NCBI RefSeq assembly: GCF_963676685.1
Contig: NC_092344.1
Span: 3,224,001 to 3,288,000 of the forward strand
Origin: Mytilus edulis
Lineage: Eukaryota
Reading direction: 5' to 3'
DNA: 64,000 nucleotides
This document shows positions 24,701 to 36,116 of this stretch, one piece after another. The notes below the pieces were generated by a model. That model was not told where the DNA came from and made no database searches. It worked only from the letters and a program-made list of their open reading frames with translations. Position 1 is the first letter of the stretch, and every line of letters begins with the position of its first letter. A program made the position numbers and the translations under genes.

Positions 24701-27116
24701 TGTTACATATATTCCTGTCCCAGCAATCTGTGTTTGTCTCGGGAAGAGTTTTCTATGCCAATCAGTTGTTCATCATACTTTCATGCTTCCATTAGATTTA
24801 TAAATAATTAATGAAGTTAAGAACCTATTGACGACATAAGACTTCCTAATTATTATCATTGTAGGTTATATCAATATTGACAGTCGTTTGTAAATCACGG
24901 TTTTCTTATAACATACAAAAATATGGTAATATCAATAAGTGGCATCAACACATATTGTCAGCAATATCATCATTTAAATGTTCTTTCAATCGATCCTATT
25001 TTTTCTTACATCCAACAGCAGAATTGTTCTAGAAAATTATGATGATTTAGATATTCAGTAAAAGATCAAAAACTCATCTGATATCTAAATATTTTGAATG
25101 TTTGCAGTTAACCAGTTTGTCAAGCCATATAACTACCTTTATAAGCAAACATGAAACTGGCCCTTTCAAGTTCATTATTCAAATGATAAACTTTTGTTCT
25201 TTTCTGTAAGTTTTGGTTCTGCAGTGTTTTCCAAATTGAACTGACTGATATTTCTGTCATTAACTTAAATAAACATTTCCTATAAATAGCGTTTCCATTG
25301 TTCATGTTTTTACACTTTTCATTGCATTATGTTTATTTTTTTATTACCTTAAAAGTATTATTTAGCTCCTGCTAAATATTTATGATGGTAAATGTTCTCT
25401 GGTAAACACATAAACTGCAGATTAAATATGCGTGCGTCTAAATGTTCTCTTTCTTCGTCCCATGACTTCACATGAGATACACAGAAAACAATAAGGAGAC
25501 ATTAAATGATTGGCAATGACACAACTATCCACCAGAGTCCAAATAGCGTGAAAGTAAGCAACTACATTCTGAGTATACTGGTATATTCAGGGCACAAGAG
25601 ATAATTTTTTCATTTTTGTTTTGGCGAAATCAATGTTTTCCATTATTTTATGAAACAGATATCCCGAGAGGATGCGTCAATATAAATAGAAATCCCTAGC
25701 TTACCCGCAGGCCAAAACCAGATTTTTGTCGTCATCGTATTAATACAAACGTCAAATAATAAGATGCCGAGAACACAATCAGAAATAATTGATCGAAAAT
25801 GAATAAAGTCTTAAAATAAATCTGATAAAAGAACAAATTATTCGTCGGCTAATAGACATGAAAGAAAACAAAAAAATATTCAGTAAACCATTTCACATAA
25901 CCCTAGGGAGTTAGTAACACTGACACTTTTAACACTCGAGGGGGAACCTTATAAGTTTCTTTCTGGTAAGAAGTACCTAAGGAGTTAGTAACACTGGCAC
26001 TTCGAATAACCCATATTTCAGCCAATACCTACATCTCATATATCCCAGTGAACTTGAAATTAAGGATACTACTGATACTAGAAGGACTGCTTCATACCTT
26101 GATCTTTTCCTCAATATTGACGTAGATGGACGACTTCACAAAAAATCTATGATAAACGGGACAATTTCAACTTCCCAATTATCAATTTCCCATTTCTCAG
26201 CAGTAACATACCCTCTGCCCCTTCGTATGGTGTTTACATATCACAATTGATACGTTATTCTCGTGTTTGTTCACACTATACGGACTTCATATACAGGAGT
26301 GTGTTCCTTACGCAGAAACTGCTCCAACAGAGTAATGAGGAGGACAGATTAAAATTGACACTCCGTAAATTTTATGGACACCATCACGAATTGGTGGATC
26401 CATACGATGTGTCTTTCACCAAAATAGCTAAGGACATTTTTACCACATGGTAGATTGTTGTTTGTCATTATCATGATTATGTCGTCTAATCTTTTAATTA
26501 CCAAACGTGACTTATTCCCGATTGTGACTGTTTTGCTGAGTGTGAATTCGCATTACTATAAGACGTGTTACGGTACTTGTCTATCCCAAATTCATGTATT
26601 TAGTTTAAATGTTTAATGTTATATTTGTAATTCTCATCGGATTTTGTCAAATGTGTTAACGTCTTTTCTATTATATTATGTGTTATGGTAAAGAAAATTA
26701 ATCACCGCATTCATTTATTAGATTTCATTTTGTTCAACGTAATCAGTACGATATTTTACGTTTGAAGTTAGATTCTAAACAAACCGGACATAGCTTTATA
26801 ATATAGTTAATTGCTACCTCAGTTTGCTATAAATAAATATTAAAATGTGCATTGTTACTAAATGCAATATCAGTATTTAGTTCAAATATAATCTTAAATC
26901 AACCATAATTCTATCTTATTCATTGAAATGACGTCATTTTTCATTTTTTGACGATTTGTTTTACAAATTCAAATGACGTAATTTTTTTGTCATTTTTTAC
27001 AATTTCAAATATGACGTCACTTGGCGATAAGGTTTAAATTTATTCGGATGTGTCTACATTTTGTGTTGCAAATGTCTGGTTATGTAATGTATTTCAGTTG
27101 TTTCCTGTAATTAGTT

Positions 27117-27318
27117 GAGCGTGGTAAAGGGTTATTTTCGTGCAACGTGTTTTGCCATTTTTATTTCACGTCCAGCCGTGAAAAAGGTTAGTTATTCACC
27201 GTGTTTCGTGATATCGGTAAAAAGATCAACGTGCAAGACATTTTTAATTGTTCGTTCATCGTGAAATGGCAATTTTAGTTCGCGGTCTTCCGTGCAGATA
27301 CTCCCCTTTACGCCCCTC
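27117..27318. mobile_element. 202-bp MITE-like insertion nested in the retroelement, 6-bp TSD
   Basis: TTAGTT on both flanks; imperfect TIRs GAGCGTGGTAAAGGG / CCCTTTACGCCCCTC. Confidence 0.65.
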
Positions 27319-27700
27319 TTAGTTAATATTTCAGTTTTATCATGTACAGCTTTTGTTTAGTAATTTTATAAATTTACTGTTTGCAAAAGTATAAATTATT
27401 CTAAATTCTAGGGATGTTCTGGTAACTAACAGAAAACCCTGGCCGTTTTTGGCACAACTTTTTTAATCTTTTGGTCCTCGATGCTGTTCGACTTTGTGCT
27501 TGTTTCGGCTTTCAAACTTTTGTATCTTGGCGTCACTAGTAGATCTTGTGTGGATAAAATGCACTTCTGGCGTATTAAAATTTTCAACTTGTTGCCTTTT
27601 GTTGGCTGTTGTTCGTGTGTTTCTTTGTCAATTGTGTTCTCCAATTTATTTATATTGTAGTCCTGTGATGTTGAGTTGTCATTTTACTGTTATATTTCAC

Positions 27701-27800
27701 ATGGCTATAAAAGAGGGAGGTTTGACATGCCACAAAACCAGGTTCAACCCACCATTTTATCCGTTAAAAATGTCCTATACCAAGTCAGGAATATGGCCAT
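27701..27800 (+). ncRNA. Candidate twister, family C, inside the RT-bearing insertion
   Basis: ATGGCTATA/TATGGCCAT P5; GAGGT with L4 TACCAAGT; CAA CCC ACC; one P4 mismatch. Confidence 0.55.
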
Positions 27801-29114
27801 TGTTATATTATAGTTCGTTTCTGTGTGTGTTACATTTTAACGTTGCGTCGTTTGTTTTCTCTTATTATTTAGTGTAAATTCACATTGCGATAAGACGTGT
27901 CACGGTACTTGTCTATACCAAATTCATGTATTTGGTTTTGATGTTATATTTGTTTTTCTCGTGGGATTTTGTCTGATGCTTGGTCCGTATCTGTGTGTGT
28001 TACATTTTAGTGTTGTGCCGTTGTTCTCCTCTTATATTTTATGCGTTTCCCTCAGTTTTAGTTTGTTACCCCGATTTTGTTTTTTGTCCATGGATTTATG
28101 AGTTTGAACAGCGGTATACTACTGTTCCCTTTATCTAATACTCGGAGGGGGTCTTATAAGTTCCTTTCGGGTAAGAAGTACCTAAGGAGTTAGTAACACT
28201 GGCACGTCTAACACTCGATGGGGATCTTATAAGTTCCTTTCGGGTAAGAAGTACCTAAGGAGTTAGTAACACTGGCACTTCTAACACTCGAGGGGGATCT
28301 TTTAAGTTCCTTTCGGGTAAGCAGTACCTGTTTCACAAGTTACACTAGTCTTGTTGCTCATCTATTATAAATATGACTTAAAATAGAAAAATCACTAACA
28401 CACACTTAACGCGGATGCATACACGAAAGTATGCAAACCTAGAATTCTAAAATAACTTTTAACTAGTTAACATTTTTACATATCTTTTGAATGTTTTGGA
28501 ATTCATAGAATTTGTTTATAACTGAAGGCAAAACTGGACCGTTTTATCCGTCTTAATCATTCAGATGTATATTATTGTCCTTTACACATTGGTTTTCATT
28601 ATAGAAATTAAAGCTTGATATATGAGGAAAAAAGTTTTGATAAAGTTTACATTTAAGAAATTAACAAGTCATGAAATTTCTACATTTATCAAACAAGTCA
28701 TTATTCAGCTAACTCCTTGTTTTAGTCAAATCTTTGTATAATCAATGGTCAAATCTAATTCTCCGGAAGGGAAAACATAGTTTACATATCGTAATGCCCT
28801 GTGAATTTAAAAGTGATGTGTATGGTTATTTCATATCTAAGTATCAAGGTTTCTATAAATCTGTGTCACTTATTTTTTATCGTTTTGATAAGAAGGTGCA
28901 GGAGGAATTCAAAAATGAATGAGAAAGAATAAATAACCTTGCATGAACCAGGATTAAAATGAATATTCTACAACACAAATAATTATAAATATTCTACATG
29001 TCTAAATGTACTATTGGATTATTTATTTATGTATTTCTCTGTTTTGAGTGTTCTTGCATTTATTTGTACTGTATTCCCTTCATGTAATGTTATCATTTTA
29101 GCGGTATCTTTAAT

Positions 29115-29211
29115 ATTGTCATAACGCACGAGGTCTGGCTAGCTACAAAACCAGGTTCAACCCATCATTTTTTTCTTAAAATGTCCTGTACCAAGTCAGG
29201 AATATGGCAGT
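29115..29211 (+). ncRNA. Candidate twister, family C/B-like
   Basis: ATTGTCATA/TATGGCAGT P5; GAGGT; TGGCTAGCTA; AACCAGGTT CAA CCC; CCTG-TACCAAGT-CAGG. Confidence 0.52.
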
Positions 29212-29705
29212 TGTTATTTATTGTTCATTTTTATGTATGTTGCATTATCGTTTGTTTTTGTTGCACTTCAGTGTTCTGTTATTTCGTTGTTTTCCTCTTA
29301 TATTTGATGTTTTCCCTCGGTTTTAGAATGTAACCCGGATTTGTTTTCTCTCAATCGATTTTTGACTTTTGAACAGCGGTATACTACTGTTGTCTTTATC
29401 TACAACACAAAATACAAGAAACAATTTTGTACAAACGGAAAATAGAAATGTTTGCACATTAAAAAAAAAAGATTCTAAGCATGCCATGCAAATCCACAGA
29501 TATTAACAATGTCACAATCATGTAAATAATAAAATCGAGAAATGCACAAAACATTTCAAAACTTTGATTTTTTTTAAATACTAAGGCTTCTCTATCCCAG
29601 GAATTGATTACCTAAGTTATATTTGGCAAAACATTGAGGAATTTTTGGTCCTCATGCCCTTCAACTTCGTACTTTTTTTGGCCTTTTTAACATTATTTGA
29701 TTCGA

Positions 29706-29749
29706 GCGTCACTGATGAGTCTTTTGTAGACGAAACGCGCGTCTGGCGT
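29706..29749 (+). ncRNA. Minimal type I hammerhead ribozyme with intact core; predicted cleavage after C29743
   Basis: GCGTCA-CTGATGA-GTCT(TTTGT)AGAC-GAAA-CGCGCG-TC-TGGCGT: stem I, stem II, short palindromic stem III, GUC site. Confidence 0.9.
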
Positions 29750-30070
29750 AAATATAAAATTTCATTCCTGGTATCTATGATGAGTTTTATTTACAACCAC
29801 TGGGTCGATGCCACTGTTTGTGGAGATTTATTTCCCCAACGGTATCACCAGCCCAGTAGTCATCACTACTGTGTTGACTTGAGTTATCATTGATATGTTC
29901 ATAATTATAAATTAACTGTTAACAAAACTTTGAATTGTTTAAATACTAAGGCTTCTCTACCTCAGGAATAGGTTACCTTAGCTGTATTTGGCAAAACTTT
30001 TAGGAATTTTTGGTCCTCATGCTCTTCAACTTCATACTTTATTTGGCCTTTTAAACATTGTTTGGTTCGA

Positions 30071-30112
30071 GCGTCACTGATGTCTTTTGTAGACGAAACG
30101 CGCGTCTGACAT
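30071..30112 (+). ncRNA. Second tandem hammerhead copy with a 2-nt core deletion (probably inactive)
   Basis: GCGTCA-CTGATG--TCT..AGAC-GAAA-CGCGCG-TC-TGACAT, 365 bp downstream of the first copy. Confidence 0.7.
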
Positions 30113-31934
30113 AAATATAAAATTTCATTCCTTGTATCTATGATGAGTTTATCTACTCCTAATGACACTGTTGAAGAAGTTTAGAGACAAGCATATATTC
30201 GTATCGGTCGACCAATTGGTGATAGAGATCATAACACTTAAATAGTGTCGTTTTCGGGTATGCTCCTGCTGGGAATGGGAAGTTGATGATTAGAAAGTTA
30301 GACTAGATTATAGTGGTCAATATGTGTCAATATCGATAAATAGATCAAGATGTGAAGAAGACTTTCTAGTGGATGCAATATCTTGAATCCTAATTTTAAT
30401 ATATGGGATGAAATGTGGGCTATTTAGTGACAGGATATCATCAATATGTATCTGAGAGCGAATGTTAAAAACTTGGAAAGATGCTTTATCGTTTGTCTTT
30501 GAGAAGGTTCTGAATTAAATTTGTTTCGAACAAGTACTTAAAAACAAGTCGACGATAGAGGTACACAATAAGGTAATAAATATTATGAATAAAGATTTTC
30601 GAGAAGATCTGTAGAATTTTGTTTTTGACTACATGTGAATGACACCACTGCTTGAATATATTTCGATATTTCTAAAGGCTATCTTATTTTTACCTTAAAG
30701 TGACCTATTTAATTGCATTTACCTCCGTTATTTAAATTAAGGTAACACGATACCGAATGGCATATAGTTAAGGTATCCAGGATATAAACGCAAGATTGTC
30801 ATCGTCCTTTGTTTTTATATCACCTAAGGAAAATGCCAGATTTGCTGTGAAGTCCAATTTCTATTGTAAAACATTCAAAATAAAAAGATTCGTGCATATC
30901 AAATCAATGCTGTTACAGGCTTTGTCTTCTAGAACAACAACATATTTTCCTAAGGGAAATAGTAAAGCATTAATACCTCGGACTTCTTGAATGGGTTTTA
31001 AGAAAGTACTCATGGTACATCATAGTTTTCTAGCTTGCCTCGGAATGCATGGCCATGCTGCCAGCGAATATGCCATACGGTGACAAACAATTGATTGTAT
31101 CTTTGTCATTTAAACTATGTATGGTAACTGTCCCATTCCCAACTATATCACGTCTCCTTCTTTTCGTTGTCATGTATCTGATTTAGGTTCGTCTGGATTA
31201 CGCTTAAACGATTTTCTGTCCTATTCCTCAACTGTATATTCACCAGTAACCATGCGCTTTTTTTTTCAATTAATAAGATTGAGAATTTTCTAACAACTCT
31301 CTATGCTGTTCATTGTTTCTATAAAATGTCAAGGTCTTCGATTATAATATTACCAGCGGGGTTGTACATTTACGGGAAGGGTGAACAACAAAAATCTGGA
31401 GGTTGTTATTCTACATTGTCTCTTATATCCTCTTGTGGATGAAAATCTTAGATGCAATTGGTTTGGTGAAATGACATGTGTAGTTTAATCTTTAAAGTTA
31501 TCAGGTATTGATAGCATCCGAACTTTAATTTGCGTGTTCTACTTTAAAAAAAAAAATATGAGTATGAGTTATGACTATTGAACAATGGTATACTACTGTT
31601 GCCTTATTATCATCTTTCAAAGTAGTTGTCATTCGTTTGATAGAGACCTAGTAGCTGGCAATGTCAACAACTATTGTCACCAGCTTGTACTTGTTTTAAT
31701 GACGGAAGTGTGTCTGACCTGTTAAAAAAGTGAAATTTATTTTGATACCGGTTTATGAAACAGTTCAGGATCAGTATGGGGAATTTCCAAAGGCTTTTAA
31801 ACAGTATATACAAATATTCCATAGACAATGTGTAAATTGGTAGTCGTTAATAGTTTTGATGACAGGTACTCCTACTTTGACATGTTGACTGTCCCTTTGG
31901 TATCTTTCGTCCCTCTTTGACACCTATAACACTA

Positions 31935-32345
31935 AACATTGAGTGGCGAATTATGATCACATGTGCTCTGGAAGGATAAGCAGATCCTGCTCAACATGTG
32001 GAGCCCGTCGTATTGCTCATATAAGAATAATCTCATTCGTGGAAATAAGGGCAGAATTGTGGTAACGACGATTGGACCATTTTCATCGTCATCTGTGAAA
32101 CTGGCGTTTGTAAATTTTACGAAAAGTGTGATTTCAACTTCACCACTTGGAACTTTTGTTCTAATAGCTTTCTTGTGCATAACGATCAAAAATATCATGA
32201 TGGGAAATACAAGCCCTGGAATATCGTATCAATTGGACGATTTATAATGTGTATGCATGCATGCAGGCAATGCTGCAATGTTGAAATGGGAAGTTCACAA
32301 TTGGAAAACTGAAACCCATCTCTTTTGCCGCAAATTTTTACTTCT
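31935..32345 (-). mobile_element. Older degenerate fragment of the same Penelope-like family
   Basis: Aligns by eye to 32940-33360. Confidence 0.65.
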
Positions 32346-32784
32346 AACTAACCGTAATTATATACATAAAAGAAATATTTTAATGAGTCTTCCTAACTAT
32401 AACTTACAATATAATCTAAGATAACTATTATGATAATTTACAATTCCCAAGTTTGATGAATTATGTTAAATACAAATCAAATTTTGATTTTTAGGAACAA
32501 AATGAATGAAATCATTTATATTGTTTTAAAAACAAAGATACAGATATCATTAATCTAATTCATAATCTTTTAAAACAAGTGTCAAAACATAGAGATGCAC
32601 TATTGAACAATTGACTGTTAAAGTGCTGTCACCTTTATTGTATTTTTATTATATTGCATGCAAATTTTGTGTTCCAAGTGGAATCTATATTGCTGGGTTC
32701 TATTCACCAGGTGTGTATATGTTATGCAGATCTTTTACAAAATCCATGTATAAACGTTCAATGTTTAAATCAACTCAATCATTC

Positions 32785-33725
32785 AAGAAGAGGGACGAAA
32801 GATACCAGAGGGACAGTCAAACTGACAACGCCATGGCTAAAAATAAAAAGACAAACAGACAAATAATAGTACAGAAAACTCAACATAGAAAACTAAAGAC
32901 TAAGCAAAACAAACCCCACCAAAACCTGGGAAGGGTCTCAGGTGCTCTGGAAGGGTAAGCAAATCCTGCTCCACATGTGGCACCCGTCGTGTTGCTTATA
33001 TTATTACAATTCCGGTAAATAGTATAATTCGATAGGTCGCATCCGTGAAAAGGGAAGGGTATTGTAGTTACGACATAAGAAACATATCCGATATAATCAA
33101 TATTCCATAACGGTCAAACAACTCGTGATGGCGTCCGTAAAGTTAACGAAGGGATGATTTGGAACTCTTGGTTTTATAGTTTCCTTGTGAGCAGTAATCC
33201 TCTTTCAAAGGAATCATGATAGGAAATTCAAGCCCGGGAATATCGTATCAATTGGGAGATATATACTCCGTATGCAGGCGCTGCTGCAATGCTGCTACAT
33301 AGAAATGGAAAGTTCACGAATGGGAATCTGAAATCATCTCTTTTGTCGTAAAGTTTTGTTTTCAACCGACCCTCGTTGTCAATTTCTAGATGTAAGTCAA
33401 GATATAAGGCAGACTTACCTGTATCTGTAGTATCCTTTATCTCTATTTCGATGGGATAGATTCGCTAAACAAAGTCACCAAATTTTGTATTATTTAGTGA
33501 AAGAACATCATCTATATAGCGGAACGTAAAGTTAAAGGATGTTGCTAACTTCTTATCTTTCTTCCTAAGAAGTTCCTGAATGAAGTCAGCCTCAAAATAA
33601 TAAAGAAACAAGTCGGCAAGAAGAGGGGCACAATCGGTTCTCATTGGAATTCCGACAGTCTGTTGCAAAACACGTCTTCCAATCAAGAAATCAAGCATCT
33701 GATTCTTGATAATGTCAGTTTGGTT
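32785..33725 (-). mobile_element. 5'-truncated, pseudogenised Penelope-like RT plus 3' region
   Basis: QQTVGIPMRTDCAPLLADLFL..FRYIDD..YLDL..YDKRDDF..AYGVYISQLIRY, with in-frame stops. Confidence 0.85.
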
Positions 33726-35156
33726 GAAATTCCAAAGGAGCATAGAACAAACCTATAATTATCCAGGATTTCCTCTTTGGTAAGTGTGGTGAGGGTATAT
33801 GTTGAGTTTCTAAGTTTTCAAATCTTGCATTGTTAAGTATTGTATATTTTGACTTGTAGTTATAATTAAACTGTAATTCGTTTGCCCTAGTATGGGCACT
33901 GTGATTAGCCAATAACATTATTTGTGTGTATATCTATGTGTATGAATTTTATTTATAACCAGTAAATGAAGTCTCGTCCAGAACTGTAGTACGTCGATTG
34001 GAGAAAAAAAAGACTTCGATTAGAAGTGAATAGAATCGATCGTCGCGTGATTTTGGAATCTTATGCTATTTGACGTCCAATAAAAAAAAACGTCGATTCA
34101 AGGAACAGACGTCGATTAGAGACCGGACTTCGATCTGAGTCTCACAAATTTGCTTTGCTTTTTTATCAATCTTAACAGAAATAACTTTATAAATTGTTAT
34201 TTGCGCCATATACTCATTGGGTGTATCTGTATTGTACGTGTAGAATCCTGTTTAGGCTTTTATGTATACACAATTGAAGGTTATATGATGGCTGGTGTGC
34301 TCAAAAACTTCCTGGGTTTGAAATTAGTACTTAGATATAAAAAGAAGATGTGGTATGATTGACAATGAGACAACTCTCCAGAGGGACAAAAATGACACGT
34401 AGAGTTCTTTCTTTTTTTCTTTTGCACATTTTTACCCTCTAGTCAAACTACATTATTATCTAACGTCACACTACTCACATTGTACATGATGTAACGAGTA
34501 CCCAAATTGCACCTATTTTGAAAAATCTATATTTGAGACTAATCAATTTACATGTTTTTTTAATTTGCCATTATGCACGTTTTTAATATAGCTTACTATA
34601 TATAAATATGCACACAATTGTCACATAATATATCAACAGTGAAAAAGTAAAATCTACCGAAACGTCTCATGCGACGACCACAAAAAGTAAACTTCAAAAG
34701 CTTTTTCATTCATTCATTCAATTTACCAAATTTTAACCAGTCAATTAGTTCTTCATGTAAGTATGTTAAAAATAAACTATATATTATATATGTGATAGTT
34801 ATAACATTTTGGAATAGACTGAAGTTTCAAACAAATAACTCAGAAAAAGGGAAGCTTGTTACTTATTTTTCTATAAAAGATGTTTTAAAAAAGATTTGAA
34901 AATATTTAGAAATACGGGATTTTAAGAAAAGACAGTCAACTTGTAAATTAAGAATAAGCGCTCACTCTTTAAAAAATTGAGACGGACAGATATTATAAAA
35001 AAACATATAGAGAAGATCTGAGCGTCTTTGTTTAAATTGCTCACTTGGTAAAGTTGAAGATGAGCTTCATTTTTTGTTAGAATGATCCCTTGATGATATT
35101 CAATGGGAAGATTTTTTTCAATACATTTCTAATAGTTGCGAGTATGGTCTAGAGAC

Positions 35157-35372
35157 ACGATGATAGTCCGTCGGATAACGGGACGATAGATTTATCCGTG
35201 TTAAGGGACAGCCATATTCCTTGCACGTAAAAGACACCCATGTAGATTTCGGCGGAAAAAATCAGGCTAATGCCGCTTCAAATCAGCACTCGCACCCTCT
35301 AAGTAGAAAGGGATTAACATAAGTTGCATTAACTTGTTTTCCAATCCACTATAAACATATCTGTTTAATCTA
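35157..35372 (+). mobile_element. Possible Deu/Nin-domain SINE fragment
   Basis: CCGTCGGAT..GGGACG..GCACGTAAAAGACACCCATG..ATTTCG resembles my recollection of the Deu core; no tRNA head seen. Confidence 0.35.
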
Positions 35373-36026
35373 ACAGATGATCACAGATGTTGTTATCTTA
35401 AAAACTTAAATAAATCTTGACCTAAATGCATCAAAAAATAGGCTGTTATATTGGTGACTGTTTTGAATGAAGGAGATCAGGTGTCAGTGCATTTTGACAC
35501 TAAGGACGGTTAAATAAATGATTTGAGAACTGATGCATATATAATGGTGTAATTTCATTCTGTTATTCATATTATTGTTTTGTCGGATTCTGGCCAATGC
35601 TAATATACTTTATATAATTTACATCTGAGACTACTATGTGCTATAGTAATTTCTGTGTACATGTACACTGTGTTTTTTTTGTTGCTGTGATTTTCAAGTA
35701 TGTCAATTGTATCTGATTTTATGCCCTTTATGGTCTTTATGTTCCCTGTAAGATATATCATGAATTCGAGAAATAAAAAAAATCTATTCTATTGTTTTGC
35801 CTTATTTCTCCATTCTTTTTTATTTATTTTTATTATTATTTTGTCCATTTTTCAATATTCAGTAAACCCTTTCCAGACTCTCATGAAAAATCCAAAGATT
35901 TCATTTTCGATAATTTTGATCGGGATTGAAAGAATTATTTTTTCGTCATTTAACTCGCTAAGTTCGGACTTCCCTTGTTTTATCATTGAGTTTCGAGGAA
36001 AATCAGACTTATTTATAGGTTGCTAA

Positions 36027-36034
36027 TGACGTCA
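36027..36034 (+). promoter_or_regulatory. Perfect CRE palindrome 25 bp upstream of the NAMPT ATG
   Basis: TGACGTCA. Confidence 0.55.
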
Positions 36035-36059
36035 CGGGAACCTGTTGATAGCGTACAAA

Positions 36060-36116
36060 ATGGCGTATCAAGCAGGGGGCACAGACAATATTTGTCTGAT
36101 TACAGACTCATACAAG
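36060..36116 (+). CDS. NAMPT: Nicotinamide phosphoribosyltransferase exon 1 (MAYQAGGTDNICLITDSYK); not in the ORF track
   Basis: AAAATGG start, TDSYK motif, AAG|GTAA donor; 57 nt. Confidence 0.93.

Larger units (their letters stand above)
26004..28134 (+). mobile_element. 5'-truncated Penelope-like insertion (RT thumb to stop 26453, then a long composite 3' region) inside a 73-bp minisatellite
   Basis: NNPYF..IYPSELEIKDTT..SYLDL..YDKRDNFNFPIINFPFLSSNIPSAPSYGVYISQLIRY; one frameshift; the minisatellite unit is split at both ends. Confidence 0.82.
25907..28330. repeat. ~73-bp minisatellite split by the retroelement insertion (units at 25907-26003 and 28135-28330)
   Basis: GGAGTTAGTAACACTGGCACTTCTAACACTCGAGGGGG..GGTAAGAAGTACCTAA repeats on both flanks. 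Confidence 0.85.
29556..30155 (+). mobile_element. Non-LTR retrozyme / PLE pLTR-like tandem repeat, ~365-bp unit, ~1.6 copies
   Basis: Direct repeat with period 365 (CTAAGG at 29581 and 29946), one hammerhead per unit. Confidence 0.75.
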
